From Zestosphaera tikiterensis (lineage in GTDB: Archaea > Thermoproteota > Thermoprotei_A > Sulfolobales > NBVN01): 32,000 nt of DNA. Shown here piece after piece: positions 7,891 to 15,184 of the stretch. Within the stretch, counting starts at the first letter, position 1. Each line of letters starts with the position of its first letter. The DNA is taken from positions 240,001 to 272,000 of the forward strand of contig NBVN01000002.1 of the NCBI GenBank assembly GCA_003056265.1. The letters run 5' to 3'. Made by a program: the position numbers and the translations under genes. The notes beneath the pieces were generated by a model. The model saw only the letters and a list, made by a program, of their open reading frames with translations, was not told where the DNA came from and did no database searches.

Positions 7891-9147
7891 CTACTTCTTA
7901 CCTTTTTTCCAGGGTTTTTCTCTCCTCCCTTCATGCCTCTTAAATTCAGTAGGTCTTTCAGCAACTTTAGCTTTAACTGGCGGTTTTTCATAGAGGGTTT
8001 TTATCTCAGCTATTCTGTCTTTCAACTCTTTAACGAGCTTATCGGCTATAAACCTCCCAGTAAAGCAATCCGCTTTAGCAGCTATAGCTAACTTAGTTGC
8101 TAAAGCTCTAGCGATCTTACCCCTCTGCCACTTAGGTGCTGTGTGTATTTCAGGATATTGAAATATCACACCGTGTTTCGGCGGCCTACCTCCAGTCCTT
8201 AAAGCCCTGAAGAGCGCTTTCTCAGCTCCTAAAACCTGTATCGTACTAGCTGGCATCTTAGCTAAGTCTTCTAAACTTCCCGCAAGTGATAAGAGCCTAG
8301 CACCGAGCAAAGGCCCTACTAACTCAGTAATGTTAGGCGCTACTTCCTTCATAACCTGACCTAAATACTCGGTTAGTAAGTCCCTTAAGTCGTACATGTC
8401 GAGGATTATCTTTACGAACTCACGTACCCTAGCTATGTCAGTATCTGAAAGATCCGCGCCCATACTCTTACTGGCTGCGTTAACTATTCTTTGAGCTTTA
8501 CTCTCGCTGAATCCCAACTTTTTCAGCTTCTCAACCGTTAAATCCTCTCTTCTACTTATCTCGTAAACTATCCTAGCGTAAGTTCTATGATCAGCGACTA
8601 GGTCGTCTAACTCAGGGAAGTGAACACTATACCATTCACGCATTCTCGAAGCGAAGAGGTTAACTGTTTTATCTATGTCGTCTATAGCCCTAATAGCTTG
8701 AATAGCGAGTAAATCCCTCTTAGCAGCAACACTCCTAAGCTTAACCCTCGTTGCTTGTAACATAACGTTATTTATAAATTCCATCCATAAATCCTCACTT
8801 TTGATGAAGCCCCCCTCAACAGCTAATGAAGGTAAAACCTCCCTTAACTTAAGGACTGCTTGATTTTCAGGCTCTATAACAGCTCTTACATTCAACCCAA
8901 CCACGACTCTAGCGTGGTCTTCATCCTCAACAACGACCTCTACTTCATTGCCATAGTCTTGAACTACCTTCTTAACCACCCCGTAAAATTCTTCGGAGGG
9001 CTTTCCATTCTCTAAATTTATAATTCTCTCAACAATCTCATTTATGTTTGTAGGCCCGTAAGCTTTAACTATTACATTACCTTCCTCATCAATAGCGAAA
9101 GCCCCTAAAACATTATCCACCGCAGCAATTCTCACCTTTAACACCAA
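7891..9147 (-). CDS. nop5: Nop5 (Nop56/58) C/D box sRNP core protein
   Basis: 418 aa. NOP domain motifs LGAEKALFRALRTGGRPPKHGVIFQ and AAKLAIAAKAD, a coiled-coil middle region and a basic K-rich tail. TTTATAAAC TATA box about 29 nt upstream of the GTG start. Confidence 0.95.
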   Translation of the reverse strand: MVLKVRIAAVDNVLGAFAIDEEGNVIVKAYGPTNINEIVERIINLENGKPSEEFYGVVKKVVQDYGNEVEVVVEDEDHARVVVGLNVRAVIEPENQAVLKLREVLPSLAVEGGFIKSEDLWMEFINNVMLQATRVKLRSVAAKRDLLAIQAIRAIDDIDKTVNLFASRMREWYSVHFPELDDLVADHRTYARIVYEISRREDLTVEKLKKLGFSESKAQRIVNAASKSMGADLSDTDIARVREFVKIILDMYDLRDLLTEYLGQVMKEVAPNITELVGPLLGARLLSLAGSLEDLAKMPASTIQVLGAEKALFRALRTGGRPPKHGVIFQYPEIHTAPKWQRGKIARALATKLAIAAKADCFTGRFIADKLVKELKDRIAEIKTLYEKPPVKAKVAERPTEFKRHEGRREKPWKKGKK

Positions 9148-9349
9148 TACAAGTTGTTCATAAAGTTTATAAACAAAAGTATTGCTTTAAACCGTTCCTA
9201 AACTCCTTAGTTTACCAACACTGAAGATTCTTACCTTTTGGGGAATGGAGACCAGCATTAATAGATCTCCTGCACTACCATTAATGATGGGAATTTTAAG
9301 TTCAGTAACGCTTAAATTTTCTCGAGAAATCTATAGGTGGGTGGATAGT

Positions 9350-9547
9350 GTGCCTACGCATGGTTCAATGACGAAAGCCGGTAAGGTCAGGAGTCAAACA
9401 CCTAAGATTGAGAAGAGGCCTAAGAGGAACTTACCGCCTAGGGAGAGGAATAGACGCGAATACTGGATAAGAAAGAGAAAAGAGGCAGGATTACCTGTCC
9501 CTACAGTGGTTCCACCTTCTTCAGTTCCACGAAAGAAGCAAGCTTAG
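9350..9547 (+). CDS. rps30e: 30S ribosomal protein S30e
   Basis: The track ORF 9245..9547 is over-extended. The conserved S30e sequence starts at (V->M)PTHGSMTKAGKVRSQTPKIEKRPKRNLPPRERNRREY, using GTG 9350-9352. TATA-like CTTAAATTTT at 9311-9320. Confidence 0.85.
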   Translation: MPTHGSMTKAGKVRSQTPKIEKRPKRNLPPRERNRREYWIRKRKEAGLPVPTVVPPSSVPRKKQA

Positions 9548-9553
9548 TTGTGA

Positions 9554-10678
9554 CTATGTTGTAGCGCTTTTCTTCCTAATAACTTCTTTCTCGATTACGT
9601 AGAGGATTACGGAAGCAGCCATAAATACTACCATATAAATTAGCAAGATCGTCGGTATGTAGCTTATATACAGTATCCGTACTACATCATTCAGGTTTGT
9701 TGGGTTAGATTCTATTATCACATTACTTACAGACGAGGCTAGGTTATACATAGCTATAATTAACGCAAAGATCATTAAATCCCTCCAAGCCCTAAAAGAT
9801 CTTCTTAACACCTTCAAAGACACTTTACCCACTATCAAAGGTGTTAAAGTAACGACTACGTAAGGTGATGTTTCTCTAACATAAAGTGCTATAGACATTA
9901 TGTCTAAAGCGAAGTCTCGCGAGCTTATTGAGGTATACGCTACGAAGCATGTTATGATTGCGAACAAGCCCGTTAACACATACGAATACCGCATTACCGG
10001 TGCTGACCTCCACATCTTAACTACGGAATCCGTTATACCGAAACCCTTCAGCACTAATATAAGACCTAATATTGCGAGGGTTACGCTGAAAGCATAAGCA
10101 CTCATAGGCGTTAACGAAATTAACACGTACGATAGGAGCAATATACCTGGTACTCCCAACATAACCCTAGAAAATCTTTTCTCCTCTATGGCTTTCCTTA
10201 AGTACCTACCCAGTAAAATATACGTTTCCTCAACACCTCTTAATTGCTCAACAACCACTCTCTCTATGCTTAAGATCTTAGCTATAGATGAAATCACAGG
10301 TATTACGAACTCATCTTCAGCACTGTCTAAAACTAACACTACGGAAGTAGCGTTGCTTAACTTAATAACTTCCTCTGCTTGACTCCTAAGCCTTACACCA
10401 GCTTTAGAACCTCCTTTCTCGTGACCTGCGATGACAGCTACTTCAACCGCGTCGTTTTCTTCCTTCAATTCTCTATAAACCTTTAAAGCGGTGAATAACG
10501 TATTTGCGTCTGCGTCTTCAGGTCTTTCTAAAGCATACTTTTGAGCCACTTTCAACACGTTGTCAAACCCTATAACTGGAGTTTCAATTCCAACCCTACC
10601 TAAGTCATCATCGTAATCAACAGCCAACACTAAAAGCTTCTCCGCAGCACTTACCAACTCGATTACTTCACTCCCCAA
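9554..10678 (-). CDS. Conserved archaeal integral membrane protein (DUF373-like): soluble N-terminal domain plus about 7 TM helices
   Basis: 374 aa. The N-terminal approx. 170 aa are soluble (LAVDYDDDLGRVGIETPVIG), followed by multiple hydrophobic helices. TTG start. The family name is from memory and is not verified. Confidence 0.6.
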   Translation of the reverse strand: MGSEVIELVSAAEKLLVLAVDYDDDLGRVGIETPVIGFDNVLKVAQKYALERPEDADANTLFTALKVYRELKEENDAVEVAVIAGHEKGGSKAGVRLRSQAEEVIKLSNATSVVLVLDSAEDEFVIPVISSIAKILSIERVVVEQLRGVEETYILLGRYLRKAIEEKRFSRVMLGVPGILLLSYVLISLTPMSAYAFSVTLAILGLILVLKGFGITDSVVKMWRSAPVMRYSYVLTGLFAIITCFVAYTSISSRDFALDIMSIALYVRETSPYVVVTLTPLIVGKVSLKVLRRSFRAWRDLMIFALIIAMYNLASSVSNVIIESNPTNLNDVVRILYISYIPTILLIYMVVFMAASVILYVIEKEVIRKKSATT

Positions 10679-10871
10679 GAAATTAATTTTAAAACATATA
10701 TTTATACAGGTGAATATCTAATCTCTACCTAATTCTACTTACTTCCCCGACTTTCTTGAAAAAGTCTAAGATGGGTTCAACTATAAAATAGTTGATTTTA
10801 CTTAGCCGTATTGTCCTCTATGTAATTCATCGATATTCTTAAATGTTTTTTAATTTCTTTCTATTTTAAAG

Positions 10872-10879
10872 TTTATATT
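10872..10879 (+). promoter_or_regulatory. TATA box (TTTATATT) upstream of the GC-rich island
   Basis: AT-rich octamer about 25-30 nt upstream of position approx. 10901-10906, where the G-rich block begins. Confidence 0.4.
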
Positions 10880-10900
10880 TTAGAAGTGAGTATTGTTTTT

Positions 10901-11080
10901 GGTGTTGATGAGGGGGTTTATCCACCTATGGGGTGGGTGGATCCCTGAGGTAGTATCGTAGAGATGGAAGAAAGGGTGGGTAAGCGTGTGTGGGGGTGCC
11001 CGGGGTCGTCCCTAAGAGCCTCTGCAGTGAAGGATGAAGCCCGACAGAGCGGAGGAACAAAAAATGAGGGGATGAAGAAA
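10901..11080 (+). ncRNA. Candidate structured non-coding RNA of unknown family (G/GC-rich island); ends uncertain
   Basis: About 58% GC and strongly G-rich on the + strand, in a roughly 40% GC background, between two minus-strand genes. Contains UGAUGA (10906-10911) and CUGA (10945-10948) flanking a perfect 6-bp helix UCCACC/GGUGGA (10921-10926 with 10936-10941). Further GAUGA-like elements at 11033-11037 and 11071-11075. Preceded by a TATA box. No credible ORF. Confidence 0.35.
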
Positions 11081-11113
11081 ACAATTAAAAATATTTGAGA
11101 AAGATTAGGAGTA

Positions 11114-12034
11114 TCATTCAGATCCGAACCCTTGCGAATCCTCATTCTTTGATGAGGCTTCATCGCCTTCCTCTAACTCACCATAAAGTATTTTCAAGTC
11201 GTAAAGCGATAGTCTTTTTTCGCGTTGCATTTTCTGCTCAACCTCCTCCTTCTTCTGAAGTAGTATCCTCTCTTCCTCAGCTTTCTTTTTATTCAATCTA
11301 AGCTGTTTTAACTTCTCTTGAAGTTCTTTTAACTTCTGTATGTTGTTTGTGAGATTCTCACCGACTTGCGCTAACTCCTGCAATGCGGTACTTAAGCTTT
11401 TGTTAATTTCTTCTAACTCACCCTTATGTTTATTTAAAGATTCTCTTAACGCTTTCTCCTTCTCTATTATCTTCCCTACCTTACTCGATACGTCCTCTAT
11501 CTTCTTATTTATGTCTTCAAGGAGTATGTTATGGCTTTGAAGCGCTACTTTCAACTCCTTATATTCTTCCTTTAATTTCCTACTTTCTAACATCTTTTCA
11601 AGCATGTTCTCAAGTCTTGATATCTCCCTTATTATTCTGTTTTCTTCTTCCAACGGCAGGGACTCTGTGATTATCCGCCATTCCAACCTATCTATTTCGT
11701 TTCTTATCCTAGCTATAGATGCTCCATTAACGTCTTTAAAGTTGTTCATAACTTCTCTTAAGCTGAATAAGTTATTCTTCACTTCACGTAACTTACTTAC
11801 TACTTCCCTACGCTGCTGTATTAACGAAGCCTTTTCCTCCAGTAGCTTCTTTTTAAGATCACGTAACTTACTTAATTCCTCCCGAAGTTTTCTAACTTCA
11901 TCGACGCTTTTCCTTTTTCTTTCCTTCAACGTTTTTATACTGCTTAATAACTCAGCCTTACGTTCCTTTAACCCCTTCACATTTTCTCGCAGTTCGTCAA
12001 TTTCCTTTATGATTAGCTGCTCCTCGCTCAACAA
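11114..12034 (-). CDS. Coiled-coil protein of unknown function (COG1340-like archaeal coiled-coil protein)
   Basis: 306 aa, almost entirely K/E/L-rich heptad-like sequence (KELKEKLKQLR...), with an acidic C-terminal tail. Starts 9 nt downstream of the acdB stop. Confidence 0.7.
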   Translation of the reverse strand: MLSEEQLIIKEIDELRENVKGLKERKAELLSSIKTLKERKRKSVDEVRKLREELSKLRDLKKKLLEEKASLIQQRREVVSKLREVKNNLFSLREVMNNFKDVNGASIARIRNEIDRLEWRIITESLPLEEENRIIREISRLENMLEKMLESRKLKEEYKELKVALQSHNILLEDINKKIEDVSSKVGKIIEKEKALRESLNKHKGELEEINKSLSTALQELAQVGENLTNNIQKLKELQEKLKQLRLNKKKAEEERILLQKKEEVEQKMQREKRLSLYDLKILYGELEEGDEASSKNEDSQGFGSE

Positions 12035-12043
12035 GCTTCAGCC

Positions 12044-12769
12044 TTATGCCTTTATCAATATTCTAACGTCAGCTATCTTGGCTCCCTTACCAACTTCGAA
12101 TAACATGACAGGATTTAAATCAACGTCACTTATAAGTTCCTGATCCTCCATAAGCTTCGAAAGCTTTAATAGAATATCCACAACAGCTTCTTTATCTCTA
12201 GGTGGCATACCTCTATAACCGTCTAAGATCTTAGCAGCTTTGATTTCCGTAAGCATAGATTCAGCGTCGTATCTCGTTAACGGGGCTATTCTAAAGCTTA
12301 CGTCTTTTAAGACTTCAACGAAGATGCCTCCTAAACCAAACAGCAATACAGGACCGAACGTAGGATCTCGAGTAGCGCCTACTATAACCTCCAGAGCTGA
12401 AGGTATCATCTCCTGAATAAGGATTCCAGCAACTCTAGCTTTAGGTGCGTTGATCGAGACGTTTCTTAAGATCTCGTTAAAAGCCTTAACAACTTCCTCT
12501 CTACTATTTAGGTTTAGCTTAACACCGCCAACATCTGATTTATGCACGATATCCGGACTAACTATCTTAAGAACCACAGGATATCCTATCTCCTCAGATA
12601 TTTTAACTGCTTCATCAACGGTTTTAGCAAGTCCGTACTTAGGTGCTGGAAAACCGTAGTGATGAAGTACTTCATAGGCTTCATGCTCAAGTAACTTATT
12701 CCTTCCTTCAGATATGGCTTTACTTATCAAGGTTTCAACTTTTTCTTTAGCACTCATTGTTGAGCCCAA
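12044..12769 (-). CDS. acdB: ADP-forming acetyl-CoA synthetase (acetate--CoA ligase) beta subunit, ATP-grasp domain
   Basis: 241 aa. LLEHEAYEVLHHYGFPAPKYGLAKTVDEAVKISEEIGYPVVLKIVSPDIVHKSDVGGVKLNL and DLNPV are typical of ACD beta / ATP-grasp_5. Confidence 0.85.
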   Translation of the reverse strand: MGSTMSAKEKVETLISKAISEGRNKLLEHEAYEVLHHYGFPAPKYGLAKTVDEAVKISEEIGYPVVLKIVSPDIVHKSDVGGVKLNLNSREEVVKAFNEILRNVSINAPKARVAGILIQEMIPSALEVIVGATRDPTFGPVLLFGLGGIFVEVLKDVSFRIAPLTRYDAESMLTEIKAAKILDGYRGMPPRDKEAVVDILLKLSKLMEDQELISDVDLNPVMLFEVGKGAKIADVRILIKA

Positions 12770-12932
12770 ATACTATACAGACCTGAATTTAAAAGTTAAT
12801 TTAACGCAGTACTGCATCCTTAAGCTGTTTATCAACGCATTACCTAACCTGCTTCCGTAGTAGAACGTTAACGATCTTCAAGTAAGGTACTATTGTTTAA
12901 GGTTTATTTTAAACGTGGGTTATGAGTAAGGG

Positions 12933-13751
12933 GTGAGAGCGACGTACTTTGTGATAATTGCCGGACCAGCAGGATCGGGGAAATCCACACTTACTAGTGC
13001 TTTATCGTTATGGATGCATGAGAATGACTTAGACGTAGTTAAAGTTAATTTAGACCCCGCCGCGGAGTTGTTGCCTTACACACCAGACGTCGACGTAAGA
13101 AGGTATGTTAAAACAAGGGATTTAATGATTGAGTATGGATTAGGACCTAATGGTGCGTTAGTCTTAAGCGTTGATTACCTGATAAACTACGTAGGTGAGC
13201 TAAGGAGGGATATAGAAGAGGCTAGAGGTAATTACGTGATTATAGATCTGCCAGGCCAGCTTGAAATAGTTGCTTTCAGAAGGTTAGGCCCTATCATACT
13301 GTCGGAACTTACTAAAGGATATAGATCGGCTATGATATTTGTCTTAGATTCTAAGCTGGCTTCAGACGCCTCCTCAGCTTATGCGTCAGCACTTTTAGCT
13401 CTCTCAGCCCTTTATAGAGTTAAACTACCGATGGTCATAGCTCTCAACAAGGTAGACTTAGTGGTCGATTACGAAACATATCGTAAGAACCCGGAGGCAT
13501 TAGATGAAAACTTATTCTTCTTGAGAATGCTGTCCGATTACTACAGCTGTGTTGAGTCAGGCATTAAGACCGTGTTTATAGAACCTTCAATCAACGAGAA
13601 ATTATGTGAGGTTTTTAAAGAAACGTTCAAAGAGGTCATACCTGTCTCATCTAAGGACATGTTCGGTGTGGATGAGGTTTACGCATCGCTACAAAGGGTT
13701 TTAATAGGAGGTGAGGATTTCCTCACGGAAGAGTTTAGCGGTAAGATTTAA
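12933..13751 (+). CDS. GPN-loop GTPase
   Basis: 272 aa with P-loop GPAGSGKST, NLDPA, the GPNGA (GPN) motif, DLPGQLE and NKVD. GTG start with TATA-like GGTTTATTTTAAA about 20-30 nt upstream. Confidence 0.9.
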   Translation: MRATYFVIIAGPAGSGKSTLTSALSLWMHENDLDVVKVNLDPAAELLPYTPDVDVRRYVKTRDLMIEYGLGPNGALVLSVDYLINYVGELRRDIEEARGNYVIIDLPGQLEIVAFRRLGPIILSELTKGYRSAMIFVLDSKLASDASSAYASALLALSALYRVKLPMVIALNKVDLVVDYETYRKNPEALDENLFFLRMLSDYYSCVESGIKTVFIEPSINEKLCEVFKETFKEVIPVSSKDMFGVDEVYASLQRVLIGGEDFLTEEFSGKI

Positions 13752-13847
13752 AGATTTAAGATAAAAAGTCTAGCAATCGCTAGGTTTTAACCTAATGATG
13801 TAGGAGCTGTGGTTGACGTTCTTTAAACATTACAACTGAGAACTCAC

Positions 13848-13867
13848 CTTTTCTTTCTTTTGGTTTT
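13848..13867 (+). terminator. T-rich tract (CCTTTTCTTTCTTTTGGTTTT); plausible archaeal oligo-T terminator for + strand transcription
   Basis: Pyrimidine/T-rich run about 100 nt downstream of the GPN GTPase stop, in a convergent intergenic region. Confidence 0.35.
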
Positions 13868-14018
13868 AAGTTATTTGATTTTGTACCGGGTTTAAAGCCC
13901 TCAAGCCTCCTAAGATTAGTTAGTGATACTTAAGGGTGGGAACCCATTCTCTATGAAGATAATTGATAGTTAGGACGTTAAAACACAGAGAAAGCTAGTC
14001 TTAAAAGCCGTAGGAGGA

Positions 14019-15104
14019 TCACAAGGTAAATAACGATCTCCTTCTATTGCTTGCTTTATATTCCCCAACTATATTAAGTTTAAACCCACATTTAGGACAT
14101 TTATTACCGTTGCTTAATCTCCACTCAAGTATGTAAAAGCCATACCTACGAATCACCAACTCACCGCACGACGGGCAATACGTGCTTTCAAGTGGATGGC
14201 CGGGGACGTTACCTATATACACGTAATTTAAGCCTTCTTCCTTAGCTACTTTAGAGAGAAGTTCTAAAGTTTTCGTCGGCGTTTCTGGGACGTGACTCAT
14301 TTTATAATGGGGGTAAAACCTTAGTAGGTGAAACGGCGTATCTGGACCAACAACATCTACTATTTTCCTCACGAGTTTTCTTAAGTCTTCTACCGAGTCT
14401 CCGTACTTAGGCACCACTAAATCTGTTATTTCTATGAAGACGCCCTTCCTCTTAAGGACGTTTAAAGTTTCGAATATAGGTTCAGGGTCTGGTACGCCCA
14501 TATATTTCCTATAGAAGTCTTTATTTCCGTTTCCTTTGAAGTCAACGGTGGCTGCGTCCATATATGGGGCTATTTCTTCAGCAGCTTCAGGCGTCATGTA
14601 GCCGTTTGTAACCATGGTGTTAAAGAGGCCCTTACTTTTAGCTAGTTTGGCTACGTCATACATGAACTCATAGAAGATCGTTGGTTCGTTATATGTATAG
14701 CTTATGCCGTCAGCACCTAAACTAACGGCTTCTTCAACTACGTCCGTAGGTGTGAAAAATTCTCCGAAGATCTCCTCCCTTCTTGACTGGCTTAACGTCC
14801 AATTCTGGCAAAACATGCACATAAAGTTACATCCCGCAGTGGATATAGAATACACGAATGAACCCGGCCTATAGTGAGTTAACGGTTTCTTCTCTATTGG
14901 ATCTAATGCCGTAGCCGTTAATAAACCGTAGACTAACGTATATAATTTCCCGCCGTAGTTATACCTTACTCCGCAAGCTCCAAACCCCTTATCAGCTATA
15001 GGACATCTCTTGTAACATAGGTTGCATCTAACCCTACCGTCACCTAAGCTAATCCAATAACGTGCTTCTCTAACCCAAGGCTTACTTAAATCAACTTTAG
15101 CCAT
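14019..15104 (-). CDS. Radical SAM enzyme, AmmeMemoRadiSam-system / PFL-activase-like (Cmo-like, AOR-associated)
   Basis: 361 aa. CNFMCMFCQNW is a CxxxCxxC radical SAM cluster motif. Also has an N-terminal Cys-rich segment RCNLCYKRCPIADKGFGACGVR and a C-terminal zinc ribbon CPSCG...CPKCG. Confidence 0.8.
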   Translation of the reverse strand: MAKVDLSKPWVREARYWISLGDGRVRCNLCYKRCPIADKGFGACGVRYNYGGKLYTLVYGLLTATALDPIEKKPLTHYRPGSFVYSISTAGCNFMCMFCQNWTLSQSRREEIFGEFFTPTDVVEEAVSLGADGISYTYNEPTIFYEFMYDVAKLAKSKGLFNTMVTNGYMTPEAAEEIAPYMDAATVDFKGNGNKDFYRKYMGVPDPEPIFETLNVLKRKGVFIEITDLVVPKYGDSVEDLRKLVRKIVDVVGPDTPFHLLRFYPHYKMSHVPETPTKTLELLSKVAKEEGLNYVYIGNVPGHPLESTYCPSCGELVIRRYGFYILEWRLSNGNKCPKCGFKLNIVGEYKASNRRRSLFTL

Positions 15105-15184
15105 TTGATTATCATCAGTTAATAAGACGTTACGAAAATAATAAAAAGTTATGTGGAGATTACCTTCCTTTTAAATGAAGAACT

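Noticed and set aside
9245-9349. N-terminal 35-codon extension of the S30e ORF in the track
   Set aside because: S30e homology begins at PTHGS. The extension would cover the TATA-like box at 9311-9320 and has no conserved sequence. GTG 9350 gives the canonical protein length.
10901-11080. Identification of the GC island as RNase P RNA, SRP RNA, or a standard C/D or H/ACA sRNA
   Set aside because: - RNase P: GAAAGGGUGGGUAAGCG and ACAGAGCGG recall RNase P segments, but I cannot form a P4 helix (both candidate strands are purine-rich) and the block is too short.
- SRP: no SRP helix-8 motif (GGAA...AGCA) is present.
- C/D: the box spacing is 44 nt, there is no terminal stem, and there is no C'/D' pair.
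- H/ACA: there is no convincing pocket plus ACA arrangement.

The family is left unassigned.
10918-11163. 81-aa minus-strand ORF across the GC island
   Set aside because: The translation is low-complexity and Pro/Ser-rich, as expected when a G-rich strand complement is read as codons. It overlaps the 3' end of the coiled-coil gene and has no promoter or SD context. The region is better explained as non-coding structured sequence.
11604-12143. 179-aa + strand ORF (also 11340..11540 and 11095..11301)
   Set aside because: They are antisense to the K/E/L-rich coiled-coil gene and the acdB 3' end. The Ser/Phe/Leu-rich low-complexity translation is the mirror image of a coiled-coil coding strand.
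13795-13839. Possible box C/D sRNA (AUGAUGU ... CUGA)
   Set aside because: It spans only 45 nt from C to D. There is no recognisable C' box, D' is degenerate (UUGA/UGAC), there is no terminal stem, and the last C-box base deviates from consensus. It is kept only as part of the long-spacer observation.
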